From assembly GCA_963662945.1 (NCBI GenBank), contig OY759974.1, forward strand, positions 2,433,316 to 2,497,315: 64,000 nucleotides of DNA. The letters are read 5' to 3'. This document shows positions 56,801-64,000 of the stretch, one piece after another (the first letter of the stretch is position 1; every line of letters starts with the position of its first letter). Under the pieces are notes generated by a model. It made no database searches, was not told where the DNA came from, and worked only from the letters and a program-made list of their open reading frames with translations. The translations under genes were made by a program, and so were the position numbers. Source of the stretch: Arcobacteraceae bacterium (GTDB lineage: Bacteria; Campylobacterota; Campylobacteria; Campylobacterales; Arcobacteraceae).

Positions 56801-57479
56801 AGTCTTTTACTAGTTTTGGGTTTTTATCTATAAGTTTCGTAGAGGTAAAAAGAATATTATCATAAAAACTAAATCCATAATCTTTAGGATCCCAAATATT
56901 ATAAGCAATATTTTTTTCTTTTAATTTAAATATTTCATTAGAAAGATAAACAGATTGAATATCAGTTTCCCCTTTTAATAAAGCATCAATGCCATATTCA
57001 AATTTTTGAATTTTTATATCATCTAATGAAACTTTTTGTGAATAAATCATACTTTTAATATTGGCTGTTTTACTATGACTATTTGTTAGAGAGATTGTTT
57101 TACCTTTAAAGTCTTTGATTGACTTTATGTTTGATGATTGCAAACTCACTAACACATGAGGTGATGATTGATAAATAGCATTTAATAATTTTATATCAGC
57201 ACCTTTGATTTTATCTAAGATAATTCCAGAATAACCTATAGCAAAATCTACTTTTTCGTCGGTTACATCTTGAGATATATTTGAACCAAGTTTATATTCC
57301 TTAAACTCTACATCAATTCCAAAGTCTTTATAAAAACCTTTCTCTTTTGCCATATAAAAACCTGCAAATTCAAATTGATGTTTCCATAAAAGTTGCAATG
57401 ATACTTTTTGATTTTCGTTTGCTGAAATAGAACCTATGAAAAAAAGTGTTAATAATAGTAGTATTTTATAATATTTCAT
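53817..57479 (-). CDS. Large sensor histidine kinase with NMT1/THI5 and two SBP_bac_3 periplasmic domains, PAS
   Basis: LLWKHQFEFAGFYMAKEKGFY; NWAPFN and SWMPFE SBP starts; SHQWRQP, DNGGG, GTGIGL. Confidence 0.95.
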   Translation of the reverse strand: MKYYKILLLLTLFFIGSISANENQKVSLQLLWKHQFEFAGFYMAKEKGFYKDFGIDVEFKEYKLGSNISQDVTDEKVDFAIGYSGIILDKIKGADIKLLNAIYQSSPHVLVSLQSSNIKSIKDFKGKTISLTNSHSKTANIKSMIYSQKVSLDDIKIQKFEYGIDALLKGETDIQSVYLSNEIFKLKEKNIAYNIWDPKDYGFSFYDNILFTSTKLIDKNPKLVKDFQKASLMGWEYAFNNIDETINVILKKYNTQHKTQKALLYEANTLKKLAYYNTPILGKIEESKIQRIIDIYNLMGLIKGNIAITDFIYNPDEKKIILTDEEKNYLKSHPTIRVHNEKNWAPFNYNENDTPKGFSIDYMNLLAKKLSLRIEYITGPSWAEFIKMIKNKQLDVMLNIVKSSKREEFLNLTTPYKGLTKSIFTNLDNINELKDLNGKIVAIPDDFYLIQFLEKNYPEIKIKTYDDTLACIYSVIEGKTDALIENFAVINYFLQKYNLYIKNVKLDIEKALNFDISIGVAKDKPLLKNILQKAMDNVTQEEKNNITKRWLGVNETLSKINKIHFTKLEIEHLKNKKSITMCIDPSWMPFERFEKGKYIGISADYFKIFEQNLGKKIEVIPTKTWEQSLEFAKQRKCDLLSLVMETPQRKKYMNFTTPYLSVPLVIATQTHVTFINDIKALKGKKIGIPKGYAFVEIFKQKYPFLNIIEVDTLEKGLMQVKNGQLFGYIGTLASVGYMFQTQFTGELKIAGKFDEKWELGIGVRNDDTILLDIMEKVVQSIDKTQSQNILNNWLAIKYEQKIDYTILWQILVVIFIVALFIVYRQIILKKANKNLQNIVDEKTKELQDLNKNLEKKVAQRTKELNESYNEIRHILNSTMEAVFIFENGYCVDVNEEAIHLYGYPEKSLMLGKKAIEFVADDYINIVTTNIGQNYTKPYEIYMKRYDGSTFPSFVRGNNLVKTNKLVRITTVMDLTELKSKETLLIQQSKMAALGEMIANISHQWRQPLSVISTVASGIKLKLEYNIFNKEDEIKNLDILLESTHYLSATIDDFKNFLNPEKTNKVFNIKNIISKTIQMFGKNFTSHNIKILTNADDLEIIGNENELLQVIINIINNSKDALISKNLENNFIFIDLYTTDENIILSIKDNGGGIQNEILPKIFDAYFTTKHKSIGTGIGLYMSYQIIKNSFKGTLIAANETFSYENNEYTGAVFTITLPKS

Positions 57480-57496
57480 GTTATATTTTACAATTT

Positions 57497-59215
57497 CTAA
57501 CTTGAAAAGTTACTTTTAAAGTTATTATTCTTTGAGACAACAATCTCTTTTTGTTTCTCTTTTCTACGAGTATCTTTTTCTACAAAAATTTTCTTACGAG
57601 TTACTGGATCCATTTCTGTATAATACATTACAGCAGAATAGGTTCCAGGAGTAGGGGTAAATACTTGTGCCTGTTCTGGATTCATTTTTAGTTCTTGTGT
57701 TGTAAATCGTTTAAGTTCATACATATCTTTCTCTTCACATCCAGGATGAGCGGCTATAAGATAGTATGTTAAAAACTGCTTTTTCCCAGCCTCACGATTG
57801 AGTTTATCGTAGAGTTTTTTAAAATCAATTAGTGTTTGTTTCCCTGGTTTTCCCATAAGATCAAGTACATGTTGTTCTGTATGTTCAGGTGCTACTTTCA
57901 TTTGACCTGAGATATGGTGATTTACTAAAGACTTGAGGTAATCATATCCAAATACTTTATCTTCAGTAATAAGATCATAGCGAATACCAGAAGAAACAAA
58001 AGCTTTTTTTACTCCTTCTATTTGTCGAACCTTTTTATTCATATTTATTACTCGAGAGTGATTTGGTTTCATAGAATTACAAAGATGTTTTGAGTCTACA
58101 CATCTTTGGTGGTCACAAGTTCCAAGTTTAAGTTTTTTATCACATTCATAACCATACATATTTGCAGTAGGACCCCCAAGATCTGAGATGATACCTTTAA
58201 AATCTTTGTACTCTTTGAACTCTTTTACTTCATCTACGATAGAATTTTCACTTCTTGTTCGTATGGTTCTTCCTTGGTGTACACCAATGGCACAAAAATT
58301 ACACTCTCCCCAACATCCATGGTGTGTTTGAATAGAAAATTTTATAGTTTCAAGGCACTTTACTTTTCCATCTTTTTGATGAAAGGGGTGTAACTCTCTC
58401 ATAAAAGGCAAAGCTGCAACTTCATCCATCTCTTTTTCATCTAAATAATCACATGGAGGATTTTGTATTGCATATCTTGTATCTACTTTTTGACAGAGTC
58501 CATTGGCACTTATTGGGTCATTGTTATCATAGAAAAGGTCAAATAAGTCAATATATTTTTCTTTGTTTTGTAAACATTCATCGAAAGAGGGGAGTTGATG
58601 GTATGACTCAACAGGTTCTTTACTTACATAACAAATCCCTCGTATATTTGTATAATCTTCTCCACTATCAAGTGCAAAAGTAAGTTCTTTTAATGCAATC
58701 TCACCCATACCATAGATGAGTATGTCTGCTTTACTATCAAAAAGAATTGGTTTTTTGAGTTTATTTTGCCAATAGTCATAGTGTGTTACTCGTCTAAGAC
58801 TCGCTTCAATGCCACCTAAAACTATAGGGACGGTATTTTTAAAATATCTTCGTACTAAATTTGTATAGACAAGAACTGCTCGGTCTGGACGTTTATTGTT
58901 TTTCCCACCAGGAGTATAGTCATCTGTATTTCTAAACTTTTTAGTTGCTGTGTAGTTAGCAACCATAGAGTCGATACTTCCACCGCTAATACCCCAAAAA
59001 AGTCTAGGTTCTCCAAGTCTTTTTATATCTGTATCACTATTGATATCAGGTTGTCCAATTATACCAACTTTGTAACCTAGTTTTTCAAGCATTCTACCAA
59101 CAACTGCAACACCGATAAAAGGACTATCGATATAAGCATCACCACTTACAAGTATTACATCACATTGAGACCAACCAAGCTTTGTCATCTCTTCTTTTGT
59201 TGTAGGTAAAAACAT
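57497..59215 (-). CDS. ygiQ: YgiQ family radical SAM protein
   Basis: MFLPTT, GDAYIDSP, CWGECNFC, DLGGPTANMYG, AAHPGC, QVFTPTP. Confidence 0.95.
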   Translation of the reverse strand: MFLPTTKEEMTKLGWSQCDVILVSGDAYIDSPFIGVAVVGRMLEKLGYKVGIIGQPDINSDTDIKRLGEPRLFWGISGGSIDSMVANYTATKKFRNTDDYTPGGKNNKRPDRAVLVYTNLVRRYFKNTVPIVLGGIEASLRRVTHYDYWQNKLKKPILFDSKADILIYGMGEIALKELTFALDSGEDYTNIRGICYVSKEPVESYHQLPSFDECLQNKEKYIDLFDLFYDNNDPISANGLCQKVDTRYAIQNPPCDYLDEKEMDEVAALPFMRELHPFHQKDGKVKCLETIKFSIQTHHGCWGECNFCAIGVHQGRTIRTRSENSIVDEVKEFKEYKDFKGIISDLGGPTANMYGYECDKKLKLGTCDHQRCVDSKHLCNSMKPNHSRVINMNKKVRQIEGVKKAFVSSGIRYDLITEDKVFGYDYLKSLVNHHISGQMKVAPEHTEQHVLDLMGKPGKQTLIDFKKLYDKLNREAGKKQFLTYYLIAAHPGCEEKDMYELKRFTTQELKMNPEQAQVFTPTPGTYSAVMYYTEMDPVTRKKIFVEKDTRRKEKQKEIVVSKNNNFKSNFSS

Positions 59216-59333
59216 ATTTCTCTTTTGTTGAATTTTTTGGATTATAGCTAAAGTGGAGGTATAAAAAGCTTAACTTTTAAATTAGGGGTGTAAATATATT
59301 ATTTTTTAAAATTATTAATTATTGTTAAACGAA

Positions 59334-60806
59334 TTAATCTATGAAATTATTTTCTAAAGGTAAAGTAATTATAGTTTGAGCTCCTGTGTAATTTTTATTA
59401 TTATACATATATGTTTTATTAAATGTTTCAAGAGAACCCTTCATATGGCTAACTATAAGACTATAAGACATGTGAAGTCCTAGTCCTGTTCCTTGTGATT
59501 GGTGTTTTGTTGTAAAATATGGTTCAAATATTTTATCAATGATATTTTCAGGAATACCTCCTGCATTATCTTGAAAAGTTATAACTATGGAGTTATTTTC
59601 AATTTTTTCTGAAATAAAAATATATCTTTCATTTTCTGGATTATTTTCTATTAATGCATCTTTTGAATTATTAAAGATATTGATAAAACACTGAAGAAGT
59701 TCATTTGGAAAACCTTTTAGTTCAATATTTTCATCAAGATCCAATATTACTTGAATATTGTGTTTTTTTATTGTTGCATTAACAAGTTTGATAAAACTAT
59801 CTGTATCACTTTTTAAATTAAATAAAACAGGTTTAGAATCTCCTTTGATAAAATTTCTAAAATCATTGATAGTTTGTGAAAGGTATTGTGCATTATCGTT
59901 AATAAGAGTACAAGTTTCTTCCAGTGTTTCATCACTTAGGTTTCCAAACTGTTTTTGTACTAACATACCAGTAGCTCCACTTGATATTATAGAGAGTGGC
60001 TGTCTCCATTGGTGGGCAATATTTCCTATCATTTCACCCATAGAAGCTAATTTTTCTGATTTGAATACTTGTTCTTGCGCTCGTTTATTTTTTTCAACTT
60101 CTTGTTGAATTTTTAACTCAAGTTCATTATTAATCTTTTTTAATTCTTCTGAATATTGCATAATACTATGTTGCATATCATTAAGAGCAAAGGAAATTAA
60201 TCCAATTTCATTATTTTGATTATTAAATGGTATATTAATATTTTTATCGGGAGAATAATTGTTTAATAACTTTGCAATTTTTCGTAAAGGGAACAGAAGT
60301 TTTTTAACATATAAACTAAATAGTAAGAAAAATATTATAAATAAAAATAACACTTTGATTAAAAGATTTGTATAGCTGTTTATAAGCTTTTGATAATTTT
60401 CACTAGAATATGTCAGGATTATTGTTCCTATGATTTTTTTAGAATTTGGTTGATAAATGGTATTTTCAACAACAAAAGAATCTCGAATATTATTTTCAAA
60501 TTTTTCTGATTTTCTCTCATTGATGAGTTTATTACCTCGTAGTACTTTTATATCCAAAATATTAGGATTTACGATAAGCTGCTCAGTTAATTGATCAATT
60601 CTATCGTTTAGATTTAAATAAATATTTACAGCAATAAGAGGTTCGATAGTACTTAATACCAATTTTGCTTTTTCCATCTCGACATTATAAAATGCTTCTT
60701 TGTTTATTTTCCCAAAAACATAAAAAATAAGTAAAATTGAAAATAGGGTTGCTAAAGCAATTAAAAAAACAATTTTACTAGAAAGTGATTTTATATTTTT
60801 TTTCAT
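59334..60806 (-). CDS. Sensor histidine kinase (2 TM, HAMP)
   Basis: PLRKI...NEIGLIS HAMP; AHQWRQP, DNAGG, GTGLGL. Confidence 0.94.
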   Translation of the reverse strand: MKKNIKSLSSKIVFLIALATLFSILLIFYVFGKINKEAFYNVEMEKAKLVLSTIEPLIAVNIYLNLNDRIDQLTEQLIVNPNILDIKVLRGNKLINERKSEKFENNIRDSFVVENTIYQPNSKKIIGTIILTYSSENYQKLINSYTNLLIKVLFLFIIFFLLFSLYVKKLLFPLRKIAKLLNNYSPDKNINIPFNNQNNEIGLISFALNDMQHSIMQYSEELKKINNELELKIQQEVEKNKRAQEQVFKSEKLASMGEMIGNIAHQWRQPLSIISSGATGMLVQKQFGNLSDETLEETCTLINDNAQYLSQTINDFRNFIKGDSKPVLFNLKSDTDSFIKLVNATIKKHNIQVILDLDENIELKGFPNELLQCFINIFNNSKDALIENNPENERYIFISEKIENNSIVITFQDNAGGIPENIIDKIFEPYFTTKHQSQGTGLGLHMSYSLIVSHMKGSLETFNKTYMYNNKNYTGAQTIITLPLENNFID

Positions 60807-60825
60807 TTTTTTACTTTATGTCAAA

Positions 60826-61461
60826 CTATTCTTTATATTTTTGAAAAACACTATTACGTAAATCTGCATATAAGTTTTTTGAATCTAACTTATAAAGATT
60901 CTTTTCATTCCCTGATGGCACATAATCTTTCTCAATAAATCGAACCATTTGTAGTAAAGCATCTACAAAATCTATTTTTTTAGTATGTAGATTCTCTTTT
61001 TCAAGATAAAGTACAGTTGATTTTTCAATTACAAGTGAAAACATTAAACCTTTTTTGAGATTATTAATATCATATGAAAAAGAGATAATTCCCTTCTCTT
61101 TAGCTATTGTAGCAATCTTTTCAATATGTTCTTCTAAATTAAGAACATAAATTGCAGAAGCTTCAGTTTGCTGTGAGAAGTTTGTAAAATCAACTAAGTT
61201 AACTTTATAGTTATATTTATCTAATTGACCATTAAAATTGTTATTAATAAACTTTTCAATTGACACAGCAGTTTGATAATCCGATTTATTGTAAACAATA
61301 GTGTAAATTATTTTACCATCAATAAGTTTATCCTCTATTTTTTTATCCAAAAGGAGAATTTTAGGGAAAATAGATGCTTGTGCTTTAAGTATAATATCAT
61401 CATAATTATATCCAAAGGCAAAAGAGAGAAGTGTTAAATAAAGAAATACTATTTTTTTCAT
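60826..61461 (-). CDS. Periplasmic YfiR/HmsC-like (DUF4154-like) protein
   Basis: Signal peptide; IFPKILL, KGIISFS..KGLMFSL, IDFVDALLQM; lies between receptor and kinase. Confidence 0.65.
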   Translation of the reverse strand: MKKIVFLYLTLLSFAFGYNYDDIILKAQASIFPKILLLDKKIEDKLIDGKIIYTIVYNKSDYQTAVSIEKFINNNFNGQLDKYNYKVNLVDFTNFSQQTEASAIYVLNLEEHIEKIATIAKEKGIISFSYDINNLKKGLMFSLVIEKSTVLYLEKENLHTKKIDFVDALLQMVRFIEKDYVPSGNEKNLYKLDSKNLYADLRNSVFQKYKE

Positions 61462-63579
61462 CTAAAACTCCTTTCTTAAAGTTATAAAGAAAGTTCTACC
61501 ATCTTGAAGGTAGTCTTCAGAATAATAATATGGATAACGTGCTGATGGATATTTTACAGTTGCATCACAAATATTTTTTACACCTAAAGTTAGATCATAG
61601 TTATATTTAGAGTTTTTATAGTTTAGTGTGACATCTAAAGTAGTATAATCAGGTACTTTATCACGTGTATCCTCAAGTACTCTATCTTTTGAACTGACAT
61701 ATTGGACAATACTACTAAGCGATAAGGCATTATTGAGATTGTAAATATAATAACCTTTAGCTAGATGATGTGCAACATTTGTTAAATCTGTCTTTACTCC
61801 TGTATCTTTTATCATTGAACTACCAGTTACATAAGAGTAATTCAAATATAACTTATCAACAGAAGATAAATGACCAGAATACTCAATTTCTAAACCATAT
61901 AAATCTGTATCTAACGCATTTTTATATATAGGATTAGCAGCTGAATGATATATTTGATCTTTGTTGATTAAGTAAAAAAGATTTGATTGTAAATATGTGT
62001 CACTTGAAAATTTTTTAATATATGCCAGTTCAAATGCATCTACTTTTTCTGGTTCCAAATCAGTGCTACCTCTTCTAGCACTATTATTCTTTGTAAACAT
62101 CTCTTGCCATGATGGATTTCTATGTGCACGAGAGTAGCTTGCTTTAAATATATTGTTTAAATCTTGTTGATATACCATTGATACTCTAGGTTCAAGTCCA
62201 GCATCTTTATAAGATGTTTTTTCATAGTTAAAACCATACATAAAGTTAAGATTATTGCTATATTGAAATTGATCTTGCAAAGAATATATCTGAATATTCC
62301 GTTTTGCATTTTTATCAAAGAATGGATAAGTATCTGTATAATCAACAAGTGTCACATCACCTGTTGACCAGTTTGATAGTTTCGAGACCATATCTACAGT
62401 TTCCTCTTTAAGTAGTCGATAACCAGTAGTGATAATATGTTGATCAAATCCATTATATGTAAGATAAGAAGATTGGTAAAGTGTTCGCTGTTTAGCTAGA
62501 TGCTCTCCATAAATTCCATCAGGAAAGTTTACTACACTAATAGTTCCATCTACACTATATTGATATGCATCTATAAATCTAAGACCATTTGGAGCTAGTT
62601 TTGCTTTTGAGTCAAAGGCATCATATTTAACCCCAGCTTTTATCTCAACATTGAAATCATTAATATCTTTGTTAAGCCCAAGTTCAAGATAATAATTTGG
62701 TATCTTTACCCTATCGTCATCTTGTGGCAATGAGTAGTTGATACCATAAGCACTTCCTTGTGTGTGGTCTAGGTAACGTCCCTTAACAAAAAAGTCTTTG
62801 TATTTAAGATTTAGACCTAAAGAATAATCTCTTAACCAAACTGGTGCATCACCAGTTTGGGAAAGACCTCTATTATCAAATCCGGTAATACTCATAGAGC
62901 CAGTAGAGTACCCATCTGGACCTGCATAGAGTTTTTTATTATCTTCCTGATAATAAAAATCTATTGTAGCATCAAGATTTTCTGTTTTAAATTTTTTAAT
63001 AAATCCACCCATTCTATAATCATCTGAACCAGATTTAAAAACGAGTTTGTCTGGTGACTCGAAATCTTTAAAGTCTTCCGCATATGTAATTACTTTAATA
63101 GAGCCTGCATAAGCATTGACTCCGTTTGTTTTACTTCCCGGACCTCTAACTACTTCTATTCTTTTTATCATCTCTATTGGCATTCCAAGGTATTCGGAGT
63201 ATGAATCAAAAAAGAGATTGTTAACTAATACATCATCAATGAAAAGTTTTGATTGACCGTATCCAAGAGAGTTTGAACCACGAAAGATCGGAGTTTTAAT
63301 ATTCATATTGTCTGTAGCCATATCTACTCCAGGAACAAGTTGAAGTGCTTCTTGTAGGTTTAATACACCTAGCTTTTCTAACTCTTTTCCCTTAAATACT
63401 GAGATTATATAAGGTTGATAATGTTCATTTTGTTTTGTAACTGTAGCAACAGTATTGAATCTATTCATATCCTGTGAAATAGAATTTAATATATCATTAG
63501 TTTGAGCATTTAAGTATGTAAAACTACTGAGTGAAAGTGAACCAGTAATTAAAATATTTTTAACTAATTTAAACTTCAA
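61462..63579 (-). CDS. TonB-dependent receptor
   Basis: Plug: LQEALQLVPG, IKRIEVVRGPGS...AGSI; C-terminal KNICD...GRTFFITLRKEF. Confidence 0.95.
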   Translation of the reverse strand: MKFKLVKNILITGSLSLSSFTYLNAQTNDILNSISQDMNRFNTVATVTKQNEHYQPYIISVFKGKELEKLGVLNLQEALQLVPGVDMATDNMNIKTPIFRGSNSLGYGQSKLFIDDVLVNNLFFDSYSEYLGMPIEMIKRIEVVRGPGSKTNGVNAYAGSIKVITYAEDFKDFESPDKLVFKSGSDDYRMGGFIKKFKTENLDATIDFYYQEDNKKLYAGPDGYSTGSMSITGFDNRGLSQTGDAPVWLRDYSLGLNLKYKDFFVKGRYLDHTQGSAYGINYSLPQDDDRVKIPNYYLELGLNKDINDFNVEIKAGVKYDAFDSKAKLAPNGLRFIDAYQYSVDGTISVVNFPDGIYGEHLAKQRTLYQSSYLTYNGFDQHIITTGYRLLKEETVDMVSKLSNWSTGDVTLVDYTDTYPFFDKNAKRNIQIYSLQDQFQYSNNLNFMYGFNYEKTSYKDAGLEPRVSMVYQQDLNNIFKASYSRAHRNPSWQEMFTKNNSARRGSTDLEPEKVDAFELAYIKKFSSDTYLQSNLFYLINKDQIYHSAANPIYKNALDTDLYGLEIEYSGHLSSVDKLYLNYSYVTGSSMIKDTGVKTDLTNVAHHLAKGYYIYNLNNALSLSSIVQYVSSKDRVLEDTRDKVPDYTTLDVTLNYKNSKYNYDLTLGVKNICDATVKYPSARYPYYYSEDYLQDGRTFFITLRKEF

Positions 63580-63743
63580 ACTATTTCCTTACAAGTATAT
63601 TTTCATAGTACAAGGAATATTCTAACATATGAAAACTGTTTTATCACTTTAATTATTATTATTATTTTATATAAACTTATTAATTTTTCAGTTTAATACA
63701 GTATTTATATGAGCGATAATATCAGTATAGTAATTATATTTAG

Positions 63744-64000
63744 TTATATAATCACTTGTTCTGGTCTAATTTTTGTATCAAGGTGTAAAATAGAAACTTT
63801 TTTATATTTTTTCCAGTATTTTTCAAGTTGAGGGTTTAGCTTCTCAAGTTCTTTTACAAGCATCATACTAGGATATTTAAATTTATCATAGTCTTGTTGA
63901 ATTTCACCAATAGGTTGATATGGAATTTTAAACATATTGACAAGTTTTATAAATTTTTGTTCCATCATGCCATAACAATACTCAATGCCATGTTCTTTCA
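63744..64000 (-). CDS. C-terminal fragment of a possible GNAT-fold N-acyl synthase (FeeM/LuxI-like); 5' end outside window
   Basis: Frame open to window edge: KEHGIEYCYGMMEQKFIKLVNMFKIPYQPIG...YP. Confidence 0.45.
   Translation of the reverse strand, partial: KEHGIEYCYGMMEQKFIKLVNMFKIPYQPIGEIQQDYDKFKYPSMMLVKELEKLNPQLEKYWKKYKKVSILHLDTKIRPEQVII

Noticed and set aside
764-62348. Short ORF-track entries nested in or antisense to confident genes (e.g. 764-973, 2805-3038, 7778-8080, 15307-15741, 27896-28279, 59758-60108)
   Set aside because: Shadow ORFs with no RBS or recognisable motif.
1-64000. rRNA, tRNA, IS transposase
   Set aside because: No GC-rich structured RNA gene, cloverleaf or transposase ORF was recognised by eye.

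Overview
Low-GC chromosomal segment, most likely Campylobacterota (Arcobacteraceae-like, judged from gene content, the DnaB insertion and the hemL/atpZ neighbourhood). The core includes tkt (partial), tpx, a TRAP transporter, eptA-PAP2-dgkA, htpG, hisS, hemL, uvrC, dnaB, comEC, a sat-like gene, ppaC and ygiQ, plus several sensor kinases. The most notable structure is a four-cassette integron-type array at 2521-5669 on the minus strand. It has four attC-like hairpins and an attI-like core with a promoter-bearing leader, but no integrase gene anywhere in the window (a CALIN-like element). Each cassette's entry core matches the inverse core of its own attC at 7/7 positions, which is the footprint expected from real cassette integration. 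The cargo includes a HEPN (RxxxxH) protein and a possible ADP-ribosyltransferase-fold protein. Other leads are: an 11-bp-period OmpR-type box shared by a 7TM-DISM kinase/regulator operon and an unknown 570-aa gene; a TonB-receptor/YfiR-like/histidine-kinase operon next to a possible N-acyl synthase; a DnaA-box cluster away from dnaA; a soluble tandem-Cache CheW protein; a degenerate ATP sulfurylase; a Dabb-PpnP fusion; and a CIRCE element before htpG. No rRNA, tRNA, CRISPR array or IS transposase was recognised. All family calls come from motif recognition by eye, not database searches.
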